Shown: positions 1 to 11,391, counted from the first letter of the stretch. The stretch is 33,663 bases of DNA from Octopus bimaculoides (GCF_001194135.2 NC_068982.1:180606620-180640282); one strand, 5' to 3'. Notes: a model not told the origin generated them from the letters alone. Numbers and translations are program-made.

Positions 1-47
<47 letters not shown>

Positions 48-112
48 CACATTTTCATATATGTTCACACACACACACACGCATATACACACTCACAAAC
101 AGATATATCTAC
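1..112. repeat. (TA)n / (CA)n compound microsatellite
   Basis: Pure AT dinucleotide run at 1-40, then CA-rich repeats. Confidence 0.95.
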
Positions 113-1564
113 ATATTATTTAAGATTTAAATACGATAAATTTGCACACAGACGTTTCCTGGAGCTACGATGCCTGTATAATGTTGAAGTGTTGTGGAAA
201 TTCATTTATTGATTAATGAGACTAACAAATTCTAAAATTTTTGCTGTCCTTCAAGTGTCTGACAAGAAGTGTCCAAATAGATGAGACCACTTGGCATAAA
301 AACTTGTTGCAAACTAAATGGCTTATCGTATTTAGGTTCGAGTATCTTTCAGAAGTTACAATCGGATTATCACGTGACAAGCGAAAAAATAATGATTTTA
401 AGTGGGTACCAATGGAAAAAAAAAGTTTTAAATACTTTAAAAAGTAGCTATTAATTTTAAAATCAATTAACCCTTGAAATAGCAAAGAGCTTTGATTTAA
501 TGTAATGTATATAATGTATAAATTAATGACTGTTAGGCGTTTTATAAGGTCAATTCAATTTTATGATTTCTTTTGTTCTAGTTGTGGTATTTGTATCTGT
601 GCCACCAAAGGAAATATTTCTTCAATTAACACTTCAATGCTGAATTGATATTTACGGTTTGACAGACGAATTTATTTTTACAAAGACTTTCTCGCGAAGT
701 GTTCCGAATATAATACAAGGGAAAATGACAAAATAACCACCTTTTTATTTTTTTAACATGGTCTTTAAAATATTAGAGCAATTCAAAGGCAAACATAAGT
801 TTGTTGAAAGAAATCCCTAAAGGAATCTAATCCATATTAGAAATATCAATATTTGCGCAACAATTTTATGCAGTTAGAAACAAGTTCCTTACTTCATGGG
901 ATTTAATGTTTCTATCATACTAAATATTAATTTTTGTTGCTAAACTAAATCCATATAACTGATTATCATAATGAATATTAATGCCTTCACCAGGCAGTAC
1001 AACAAATAAAGAACGTATTTATATTACTGGAAACATAAATATTTTATTGTGCGTTTTGTGACATTAATGATGAAGTAAAGAAAATTCTATACAACACCGA
1101 ATCCTTTCTAAGCTCATATTTCATTGTATCGAACAATTTCAAGTCATATCCATTTCCGAATAGTCACAGGAGAGAGTTCTGAAGTGTATATAGGAATCAA
1201 ATAAGTGAATTGTGGAATTGTGGCACATGTTGCTCTGAAATCTAGCATAAAGGTAACAGTGGTTGTGATAGCATGCTTTATAAGCTGTCATGCCCTTACC
1301 AATGATAAAACAGTTGTGCTTGTTTGACGGAAACGTTGGGCAGTTAATTACGGATCTTAACATCTACAATGAAGGCAACTTAGGATGTTCGGCTTACAAT
1401 TTTAAGATCATGCATTCACTATTTCACGCATCACCGTACACTTAATTAGAAATAAGTACCAGTACATGAAGTTTAACTTTGCGATAGACTCGTAACTCGT
1501 CCCAGGGCAGGAGTTCTTTTAACTTCATCATTAACATTTGAAAATCCTCCGATTGTGTAGTCTT

Positions 1565-1735
1565 GAGGTAGATTTTCGTTACGTTCTCGGTCCAAATTCT
1601 GCTTATATTACGATTACCTTCCACCCTTTCAAGTCGATAAAATAAAGTACCCTTCATTTAGTGTGATTGATTTAATCATATGTACCCATCTCACGAGTTT
1701 GTGAACTTTTGCCTACGCGAGAAATCAATATTAGG
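1565..1735 (+). mobile_element. Decayed tRNA-derived SINE, family B (5'-truncated)
   Basis: ttacgttctcggtccaaattctg...ccctttcaagtcgataaaataaagtac aligns by eye with the family-B copies at 9777, 15233 and 27901. Confidence 0.6.
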
Positions 1736-2282
1736 GCCACATGACTCTGATATTGATTTCCTTCTACTGTTAAGGATGTACGTATATCTAGACCATTGAA
1801 ATAAATATGCAGTTAAAGGAAAACTATTATTTAGAATAATTCAATGATTGAGCATTTACGTGCTTGTGTGTACATGTGTGTATGCAAGCGCGCGCGCTTG
1901 TGTATGTGTCAAGATAAGTACTTGTAAAAAATAAATAATAAGCCGATATATTTTATCAGTTGTTGCTGAGATGACTCACACTCCTTATGAATACAATCTG
2001 AACAAACGTTCGCCACTACGTGAAATAATGCAAGGATAAACGAACGACATTAAAGTAAATCTATTCAACCTGAACAGGAGATAATAGAGCTAGCTGAATC
2101 CAAGCTACTCTATAAGTGGTTCTATAATTCTCAAAAGATACGAGAACCTGAATGATAGATAATCAGTATATAAAATATTCGTTATTTTTACAATGCCACT
2201 ACTGTTTACAATAATGAACAGCTTCACTCTGTAGTTGCTATACAAGAAGAAGTACACACTCCACTTGGCTATACGTAAATAC

Positions 2283-2435
2283 GTGCAGATATGGCTGTGT
2301 AGTTATATTTGTTTTTCAATTATTTCGTTTCGGGTTCTTACTGTGTGGTGCCTTGAGCAATCTACTATAGCTTTGGTTCGATCAATAATTCGTGTGTGAA
2401 ATTCAGTAGGTGAAGTCTATGTAAAGACCTGCTGG
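2283..2435 (+). mobile_element. Decayed tRNA-derived SINE, family A (head and body only)
   Basis: gtgcagatatggctgtgtag...ttcgggttc...gtggtgccttgagcaatctactatagc matches the 5' half of the copies at 4717 and 32449. Confidence 0.65.
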
Positions 2436-3403
2436 ATACGCCATGCTGTTATGTAGTAGACTTAATCTGTCTTCCAGTTTAATTCCACAACAGCTCCTTG
2501 GTTTTCTTTAGCATAGCTCACTCTCCTACCGAAATTTGGCCAGATCTACATGTAAGAATAAGTTCCGATCCAATTCCACAAATCTTGGAGATTACAGAGC
2601 AAGCTGTAACCGCCTCTGCTCACTAAATAAAAGGCCTAAACCTTGCTCGATGTCCAGTACTCTGCATCTTTGGGCGTAGAAATCTCTTAAAAGAAATAGC
2701 AAAATCTTGGACTTAATATTTTATAGAAACTGAAGAGAAACACACGTTAAACAAAATTTAGTCAGGAATAAAGGTAATGCCCATCACCTGTTACAGGGCT
2801 TCCAAAAATAGTTGAGGTGGAGGAGGAAGGTAGCTCCTAAACAGGAACATAATCGATAAAATCTGAAGGAAAAGCTATATTCATTAACACGGCATCTGAT
2901 ATAATCCGAGCGGCCACATGGTTTGTTAAAGCTGTTGTATTTTATTTTTGGCTACTATTTTGAAAAGACTGAATGTTTGCTGCATGTTATAAACTATGAC
3001 AGTGCTACATATTTCATAGTGTTGCAGGCTAGTTGGCAGAAAGTCATAAATCATGATATTACTAAGGAAAATAAATTGTTCACGCAAGTAAACACATGTA
3101 TTTGCTTTTAGATAAATATACATACGTGTACAAATTTAATGCATACACACACACACATGCATACGCATATATATATATACACACACGGACGAACATACAC
3201 ACATACACAGACACGCACACATATATTACACATGTGTGCGTGTGTGTCTGATGTATGACTTCTGAACGAAATGAACCAAAAGCCAATACAACATACTTAG
3301 GACCAAAGAAAATGAAAGAGAAACAAGAAAACTATCTTATATATAAAGAAGAGTAAACTGTCAAACAGAATGACGGGAAATCTCGGTGCAATTGACTGCA
3401 TCC

Positions 3404-3436
<33 letters not shown>

Positions 3437-4414
3437 TGCAGATCAACTAACACTTCAACAATGACATATTACTGTTTAGGGCAACAGTTCAGTTAACAAT
3501 CTTTTTGCTATATCTCTAACACTAGAATTGTCAAAGCAAAATATTCCATGGTTACTTCTGCATGATGCTTGTATACGTAAGTGTCGGTTAATATTCAAAA
3601 TCGACTAATCTCAAGGGAATGATCACTTCAAAAACGGCTGGCGGTTTTGAAGCCTGTGAATAACTCTGTTCTACTAATCTCATCTCACAGAAATCGTGAA
3701 AGGATAGGTAAAAAATGCCTGAATGTTAAGTTGGCATGAGTGGGGATAGATGATTTGTGATGTGGAACAACAAAGGATGATTTTGGGTTATTTGCACTGT
3801 GACACACACACAAACACACGTACATATACAATTGTGTACATTTCCTCACAAGCAAATATATATCCATGAGCGTAAGTCCCTATTGATCTACGCAAGATTG
3901 CACCTAAGGCCTCATGCTCTGGTTTCTATAACTTCAGAAAGTTGAGTTATCCTTCTTTTTCTTCTTTCTTTCTATCTCTTAATTCTTTTACTCCCTTCCT
4001 CAATATCGTCATCTCATTAATATATACCATTCTCATTTTCTTTATTTTTTTCCCTGTTTGTCGCTGATGATGGAATATCCCATTCTCGGGGTATCACAGA
4101 AACAGCTGTAAGACCTTGAATTCTTTCCAATTTAATGCGTATTGTATTCGACTTGAGATGTTGAACTTACCTTAATGTTTCCTGCCCTGTTCAACAATTA
4201 TATATCCGCTGCATCAGAAATCTGCAATGGTTCCATAACAACTGTCTCGGCAATAACCTTCGAGCCCTAGTAATCTCTTACCACACTTACCTAGCGTACC
4301 TAATCGTTTAGATCAACTGTGGTGTATATATATATATTCACATACAACATACATAAAGATACGTATAATAGTATGCACACATACGTATGCAAATATATGT
4401 TTACGCACAAGCGG

Positions 4415-4600
4415 ATATACGCGCGTTGACTGTTGGTGATTTTTCATTATTTTTCCTTTTCTCTTTAGACTTTCCTATTTCCGATGAAGAGCTATGCTCA
4501 AAAACTTAACAGTAACTCTCTCCCTTCACCGAGCGTCTAATTAATACATTTCTTGTGCACGTCCACACGTTAATTTTTTTCTTCTTTCTCTGCCTTTTAA
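4415..4600 (+). mobile_element. Short Penelope-like (PLE)-type element with a degenerate hammerhead motif (4476-4512)
   Basis: ccgatga-a-gagc-tat-gctc-aaaaac is homologous to the minus-strand copy at 27628-27812. Shared flanks: cgttgactg upstream and ccgag(c/a)gtc downstream. PLE assignment is by analogy only. Confidence 0.55.
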
Positions 4601-4624
4601 TTGTTTGTGTATTTGAATCGACTA

Positions 4625-4640
4625 TATATATGTATATGTC

Positions 4641-4697
<57 letters not shown>

Positions 4698-4710
4698 CTG
4701 TGTGTGTATA
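4625..4710. repeat. (TA)n(TG)n microsatellite
   Basis: Direct reading. Confidence 0.95.
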
Positions 4711-4716
4711 TGTATT

Positions 4717-5048
4717 GGCGCAGACGTGATTGTGTGGTAAGAAGCGCGCTTCCCAACCGCATGGCTTGGGGTTCAGTCTCACTGCGTGGCACCTTGGACA
4801 AGTGTCTTCTACTATAGCTGACCAAAGCCTTATGAGTGGATGTTGGTGAACGGAAACTGAAAGAGTCCCATCGTATATATTTTTGTGTGTTTCTTTGTGA
4901 CTCTGTTTTTTTTTTTCTCTCCCATCGCTTCAGAACCGATACTGGTGTGTTTACGTCACGTAACTTAGCGCTTCGACTAAATCCCTTCAAGGCGGTGCTG
5001 TAACATGTCGCTAGTCAAATGACTGAAACAAGTAAATGATTAAAAGAT
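4717..5048 (+). mobile_element. tRNA-derived SINE, family A, with an internal deletion of about 60 bp
   Basis: ggcgcagacgtgattgtgtggtaag head, ggttcagtctc B-box-like motif, ccttggacaagtgtcttctactatagc body and gtcaaatgactgaaacaagtaaa tail; colinear with 32449-32916. Confidence 0.9.
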
Positions 5049-5340
5049 ATACTACATACATATACACATTTACATGTATATGTATACACACATATATATA
5101 CATGTATATGTGTGTGTGTGTGTATGCCCGTGTGCGTGTGTATGTATGTATGTATGTATGTATGTATGTATATAAAATTTCTTTGTTTGTGAATTAGGGC
5201 TACTGGTGGTTTCATGTTAAGAAAAGTAGGAAAATATCCTAGTGTCTTAACGATTACTGAAGCTGATCACATGGAGAAAGAGTCTTCGCTTCTATCTGGT
5301 GTTTTCCAAAACACTCATTTTTATCGTTCGACATTTGCGT

Positions 5341-5341
5341 G

Positions 5342-5398
<57 letters not shown>
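5341..5398. repeat. (TA)n microsatellite
   Basis: Direct reading. Confidence 0.95.
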
Positions 5399-5402
<4 letters not shown>

Positions 5403-5847
5403 TTACAGACAACAAAAGACGAAGTCAAGTCAAGGGGAAACAAGAAGGTGCATTAGTTCAATGCTCGGGAAGAATGGTAATAAAGGAGTGGAATCAAACC
5501 AGTGCGTGTGCTAATAATATTGGCATAATGACCCTCCTTAGACAAAACAAAATCTGTTTCAACACACGAATTCACATTAGGAATATTGCGAACCAGATAC
5601 AAAACGAAGTATAAAAATGAATATTAAGTCTAAAACATAAAAGAAACGGCTTAAAATTATTAATACCTATAATTCAAGTGTGCTACGAGTTAATGGTTTA
5701 TTGAATATGCAAGTATCGATTAAGAATCCAGCTTTGTCGGTTTATATTTGTGTCCATAACTTCCCCCCAGCGTCAATTAATCCATATATACTTTGTTTTA
5801 ATTGAGTATTAATAATATTGGTCAACAAACATTTTTTATCAAGCATA

Positions 5848-5959
5848 TGTTAAGGTGTACTGAGTGTAGTTTTTAATGGTGATTTCCAATATACAATTAG
5901 CTTTGTTAAGGTGTACTTATTGTAGTTTTTAATGCAGTTTTCAAATAGACAATTAGCTT
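5848..5959 (+). repeat. Two diverged 56-bp tandem copies in the transposon 5' subterminal region
   Basis: tgttaaggtgtact...tgtagtttttaatg...caattagctt at 5848-5903 and 5904-5959. Confidence 0.9.
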
Positions 5960-7305
5960 GTTGACATCACGTACAGTTTTGAAGCTGAAAAAGTTTGTTG
6001 GTTTTAGCTCATGCATTATATAGAAATTCCAGTCAATGACGTGTATGCATGTATTTCATTTACATTATGGAAACATACCTTTGAAATAAAGTACATTATC
6101 AATTGCTGAACAGTTCAGATGCAATGTTTCATCACCTTAAATTAAGCAATCAAGTTTTGCCTGATGGAACAGGCATTCCAACACCTCAAATTGTCCTGTC
6201 AGTATTGGTCTGATGAAATATTTCATCATCTCAAATTTAATATAAGTATAACCATTTGTATCTATTTCTTTAATTTATTTTACAGAGTTAACAATGTCAA
6301 GACAGTGTAAAAATCATCCTGATGTTTCGTTATGGGTGTGGACAATTTATTATGGAAGCCCCAAATCGTACAATAAAACCAGAAATCAAGACGATTAATA
6401 AGCTCTACTTTGACTGTCCTCATCGAGAGCGGGACAAGTTGTGGGTACCACATTTTATCTGCTCAGCTTTCTCAAATGGCTTACGCAATAATAATAAGTC
6501 CATGCTTTTGCCATTCGAATGATATGGAGGGAGCCGAAAGACCATTTTAATGACTGTGATTTTTGCAAAGTAAATGCCACAGGATTTTCTATGAAGAATA
6601 AACACAAATTTGTGTATCCCAATTTGGATTCTGCAATGAGAACTGTGCCTCACAATGGATGTCTGTCAATTCCAGTTCCACCAGATGATGGTATTGAAAC
6701 ATCAGATGTTGACGCTGACTGTCACGGTAGTGCTACTGAAGAAGATTACGTGGCTGATGACGATAGCTTTGTACCTCAGAAATCTTCCCATGCTGAACTG
6801 AATGACCTTATCAGAGACCTATCTCTCTTAAAAAATAAAGCAGAACTGTTGGTATCAGGACTGAAGGAGAAGTGTCTACTAGAGCACGGTTTTCATATAA
6901 CTTATGTTCGGCGGAGAAATGTGGTTCTACAAACGCGTTTTTCTGTTGAAGGCCCGCTTTGCTTTTTCAGTAACATCAATGGAATTTTCGAATGTTTATC
7001 ACAAAATCATGACCCTGCAGGGTTTCGTTTGTTCATTGACTCTTCAAAACGAAGTTTAAAAGCTGTACATCTTCATAAGGGTAATTTTCAGCCCTCCATT
7101 CCTATTGCACATTCCGTTCATCCTCATGAACAATATGAGAATAATATAGAACTTTTACTTCATGCAATTGCTTATGAAAGATGCTCATGGAAAATATATG
7201 GAGATTTAAAAGTCAATGGAATGTTAAAGAGAATGCAGTCGTTTTTCACAAAATATTGTTGTTTCCTGTGTTTATGGGATATTCGGGCAACTGAAAGACA
7301 TTATT

Positions 7306-7347
7306 CGGAATCAACTGGCAGATAAGCGGAATCAACTGGCAGATAAG
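7306..7347 (+). repeat. Perfect 21-bp tandem duplication in the transposase
   Basis: cggaatcaactggcagataag x2. Confidence 0.97.
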
Positions 7348-7639
7348 AACACCATACCAGCGTCAAGAATACATCACTTGTAGATCCATATAATGCCCTA
7401 TGCCCTCCTTTGCACATAAAGCTTCGACTGATGAAACATCTTGTAAAGACACTAAGGAAGAGAAATGCTAGAGGCGTTTGAGTATATTGTAGAAAAGTTT
7501 CCTCAAATCACACAGGCGAAGTTGAAAGAGAGTATCTTTGTCGGACCCTAAATTAGAAGAGTACTCCTCAAAGATGTCAATGGATGAATTGAAACTGCCT
7601 GCCTGGAATACTTCAATTGGACTCGTGAGGATTTCTTGC

Positions 7640-7744
7640 GCAATGTACTACAAGGTAATGTACTACAAGGCAATGTACTACAAGGCAATGTACTACAAGG
7701 CAATGTACTACAAGGCAATGTACTACAAGGCAATGCACTACAAG
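7640..7744 (+). repeat. 15-bp minisatellite, 7 units (gcaatgtactacaag)
   Basis: Units at 7640, 7655 (gtaatg variant), 7670, 7685, 7700, 7715 and 7730 (gcaatgcac variant); reads AMYYK in the 7538..7831 ORF. Confidence 0.97.
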
Positions 7745-8407
7745 GATAGCATCAAGAATCTTTGTTGTGTATTCACTCTTTGTAGAATGATTGTGATGAT
7801 TTTTAACTCAATAAACTCATTTACCTTCTAAAAATAATATATACAAATATGTAAATATTTGCATGTGTCAACTAAAATACTGATGCGTGCTGCATTCATA
7901 TGGAATGCAATTTTGAAATCAGCATGAAAATTAGTCTAGAAAAGTTGGTTTGCATTCATAGTTAGCATAATTTTGTTGACTAGTGTAATTTATACTATAG
8001 TATTCGAAATACTGAAAACGGAGTGAAATATAATTTCCCTGTTTGATTTAAAAAGATGAAAAGGTTTCCAAAAAAATTACTGGATGCGAGATACAACTAA
8101 TACATAAAGAAGCGCGAATACACCAACGATCGAAACGTTGTTATTATAACAACATAGAAACAGTCGTAAATTAATATATAGGCAATACCACTCTTTAGCT
8201 GTGAGAACAGTGGGTTATTAAGACATGGTATCAATAGTTTGAATTTCTCACTCCATATATTGTTTATTGTAACCAAAATTAACGTAAATCGTGGAGTATA
8301 TCAGTTGGGCGCTTTAACATCGAATATTACTTTTTCACAGTAAAACTATTAATTATATCCGTTCTTCTAGATGCGTATACATTAATTGCTATCTTGTAAT
8401 CGATTAC

Positions 8408-8409
8408 GC

Positions 8410-8453
<44 letters not shown>

Positions 8454-8917
8454 AAACACACACACACACATCTATAGATATATCAATTCATTCATGCGTA
8501 TATTATCCTCTCTGGCTTCGTTGTCTACGAACGAAATGAAAATATAGTCTTATGTGTAAATTGAACTATAAATCTTCTGCTTCATTAAATATTCTCAATG
8601 ATAGATGTGAGTATTCACCAAATATCCTTCGAGATGACGCTGTGTGTGTGTGTGTGTGTGTGGGTGTGCACCAGTGTGTATATATGTGTGTATATGTGCC
8701 TGTGTGTGTGTGAATTTGTGTATGTGCCTGAGTGTGTGAATTTGTGTATGTGCGTGTGTGTGTGAATTTGTGTGTTGCATATTTGTGCGCGAATGTGTTT
8801 GTATTATGACAGATGAGATTTCAGCGAAAGTTTCAGCATATGTCAACATTGCTATTTCTCCGTGTATACATACACGCGTGTGTGTATGTATGTATGTATA
8901 CATATCCAGACACGCAC

Positions 8918-8962
<45 letters not shown>
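8408..8962. repeat. (CA)n and degenerate (TG)n/(TGTA)n microsatellite cluster
   Basis: CA runs at 8408-8470 and 8912-8962; TG-rich tract at 8640-8900. Confidence 0.9.
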
Positions 8963-8964
<2 letters not shown>

Positions 8965-9555
8965 CGATAGATCGATAAATAAATAAATAAATATATGAAT
9001 ATATAAACAAATCATGTTTGATTTCTGTTTAGTAAACCAATCTATCAATTCTTCTCTATCATTAATAATAACTAGAATATCATTGATAAATAACAGCAAA
9101 TATGCCTCTTTTGATTGATTATTATATTTATGCACGTTGTTGCGGGAGGTAAAAATGATTCTGAGATACTTATAACTTTCCCTTGTGATATTTTCTTTAT
9201 TTTTTTGTTTTAGCAAAATTACTCTTTAGAAGTGTTTTGATTTGAAAAAGAAAACAATTGTGCCTTTCAGCTAGGTGATATTTATCAACAAACTGATGTC
9301 ACGATCATTGGTCAGTCACAAGGTGATGCGTCATTCGATATGTAGCAGTTTCTCTATGAAAGATCTATCAAGCGAAGCTTGGAAGATATTTTGTAATCAA
9401 CGTGGCAGTTTGGACGTCTTGGAACTAAATGACCGGCAAAATCATCTTCTGAAGCTGTAAACCATTTATACACACCATCGGTAGTTCGTCGTGAAAACGA
9501 TAGATCGATAGCTGGCGTGCTGAAATGGATTACATTATCAAATACGGGGCTCAAG

Positions 9556-9776
9556 AAAGCGAGATGGTAGAATTGCTAGCACGTTGGACAAACATTTCGT
9601 AACGGTATTTCGTCCTTCATTACATTCTGAGTTAAAATTCTACCGATGTCGACTTTTCATTTTATCTTTTAGGGGTCAATAAAAGAAGTATCATTTGAAT
9701 ACTAGGGACAATGCAGTCGACTAACCCGTTCTCTGATACTCGTAAGCCATGAGTCAATATTAGGAACGGTATGCAA
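9556..9776 (+). mobile_element. tRNA-derived SINE, family B (decayed)
   Basis: gcgagatggtagaattgctagcacg head; cggtatttcgtc...ttctgagttaaaattc; gtcgacttttcatttt...ggggtcaataaaagaagta. Confidence 0.75.
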
Positions 9777-10000
9777 GGCGACGAAGTGGTAAAATCGTTA
9801 GGATGTCGGACAAAAGACATAGCGCCATTTTCCAACAAATAATTTTCTGAGTTCAATTCCGCCGAGGTCGATTTTGCCTTTCATTTTTCCGAGGTCAATA
9901 AAATAAGTATCAGTTGAGTAGTGGGGTGGTTAATGCAATCGATTTATCCACCGCCTATAAAATTTCAGGCCTTGCATACTTACAATAGAATGGATTATTT
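9777..10000 (+). mobile_element. tRNA-derived SINE, family B, directly head-to-tail with the previous copy
   Basis: ggcgacgaagtggtaaaatcgttag head; ttctgagttcaattccgccgaggtcgattttgcctttcat; gtcaataaaataagtatcagttgag. Confidence 0.85.
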
Positions 10001-10081
10001 AGAACAGGACTCAATGTAACATTTTCCCAAAGATCAGGATATATATATGTGTGTGTGTGTGTGCGTGTCTTTCAACTTATA

Positions 10082-10122
10082 CCCTTTATTTCTTTCAGTC
10101 ATGTGGCCATGCTGAGACACCG
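10082..10122 (-). mobile_element. SINE family A 3'-tail fragment
   Basis: Reverse complement gcggtgtctcagcatggccacatgactgaaagaataaag resembles the tail at 32858-32910. Confidence 0.55.
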
Positions 10123-10148
10123 CATATAAATATATATATATATAAAAT

Positions 10149-10179
<31 letters not shown>

Positions 10180-11391
10180 ATTTGAAGTGTATCTATATTC
10201 CGACTTTGCGTCCAGTTAATTGATTGTAAATAGAAGGAACGCTTCATTGACTAAAAACGATTAATGCTTTTTTTCACTCTTGGCATCTATGTTTCTATGA
10301 TGGTCAGTTTCGTGGTGTGAAAAGAAAAAGTTTCAAATGAATTTTACACAGTATTTACATAGTATTTGCATTGTACGGTTCAATAAAAAAAAAAGGCAGC
10401 AAAAAAAAAAGAAATAAAAGAAATTTCTCTGTGGTAAAAGCCATCAAAATCGACAAATTGCGGGCGTGTTCATCACAATTGCTACATATACTTGTGGTAA
10501 TGGACCTGAAGGATCACTTGGAAATTTCGGACACTGGAGACTGGGGAGTTTGCGATGCTTGTAGTAATGGTTTCGGATGATTGTCTTGAAAGTGTTGCTG
10601 TTACTGGTCAAAAGTTTTACATTTTAGTAGTGTACGAATTCTTAACGTCATTGATCACATTCAAAACCAAATTGATGCAGTGCACGTGAAGATCATTCGG
10701 GTAACATCTCGTTACGTTCATTATATGTTCATGGGAAGCGACGGTCTTGCTTTTGCCTGAATGTTTGTATACACACACATACATACACACACACACATAT
10801 TTGTTTATTTATACACATACACGCACTTGTAAAAATGTGTATATGCATACATATATACAGAGACATTCACATACATATTCATGATCACACTTACGCACAA
10901 ATATGCATACACACACACTAACACACACACTGACACACGCACACTCACTCACACGCACACTCACTCACACGCACACATTTTTATTATATATAGAGCCATA
11001 AGCAAACAATTGCAGGCGCTGAAGTTGTTAGAGATAACAGACAAATTTTCTTTGAATCGCATTCTCGCGACCTGATAAAAATATCACCCAAAAAACAAAA
11101 TAAACAAATTGATAATACTCTCATAAATATACTCTGTTGGCTGCGTCAATTTTTTAGTTATTCACTAGTGAATATGTAATTTTGGTATAATATATAATAC
11201 TACTTGTACAGTATGGTTAATTACAGCAATGTTGATAACTTGAAACGTGTGCAACCAAACGATTTGAACTTAATTACTTATGACTGATTTAATGTGATCT
11301 TGTTGTTACAAGATGTTTTGCAACAGACAAATAAATGAATCTATCATAATACATTTTTGAGCTGTAATGTAAAAGAATACGTTAAATCGTT

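Larger units (their letters stand above)
6294..7770 (+). pseudogene. Chapaev3 DDE transposase pseudogene (frameshifts, stops, C-terminal catalytic segment missing)
   Basis: MSRQCKNHPDV / YGCGQFI and WREPKDHFNDCDFC (Cys/His zinc-finger region); ELNDLIRDLSL..AELL..LKEK.LL; RLFIDSSKRSLKAV; GDLK; TKYCCFLCLWD; LVDP...PPLHIKL.LMK; FPQITQAKLKESIFVGP*IR. Frameshifts near 6325, 6500 and 7310-7480. No SDE.GERFHQ-type segment follows. Confidence 0.88.
5816..7985 (+). mobile_element. Chapaev3-type (CMC superfamily) DNA transposon, non-autonomous relic
   Basis: Left end TATTGGTCAACAAA (5816-5829) versus reverse complement of right end CACTAGTCAACAAA (7972-7985): 11/14 match. TAA directly flanks both ends (5813-5815, 7986-7988). 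The enclosed transposase has Chapaev3-type motifs. CAC...GTG termini and a 3-bp TWA TSD are what I recall for Chapaev3. Confidence 0.85.

Noticed and set aside
150-180. GACGTTTCC (minus-strand GGAAACGTC) hammerhead half-site
   Set aside because: No CUGANGA or stem II upstream
1442-1657. Minus-strand 71-aa ORF with protein-like appearance
   Set aside because: Its 5' part is the antisense of a family-B SINE remnant
2510-2690. Frame NKFRSNSTNLGDYRASCNRLCSLNKRPK reminiscent of a LINE pre-RT region
   Set aside because: Similarity too weak and short, with no flanking RT motifs
2729-2760. Strong minus-strand acceptor tgtgtttctcttcag
   Set aside because: All three downstream frames stop within 15 codons; shows such acceptors arise by chance here
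7640-7744. Regular array as a possible CRISPR or a repeat-protein gene (AMYYK)n
   Set aside because: No spacers, eukaryotic context, and it lies within a dead transposase; a minisatellite
10440-10610. GC-richer island with two open minus-strand frames
   Set aside because: Weak splice sites and no recognisable motif
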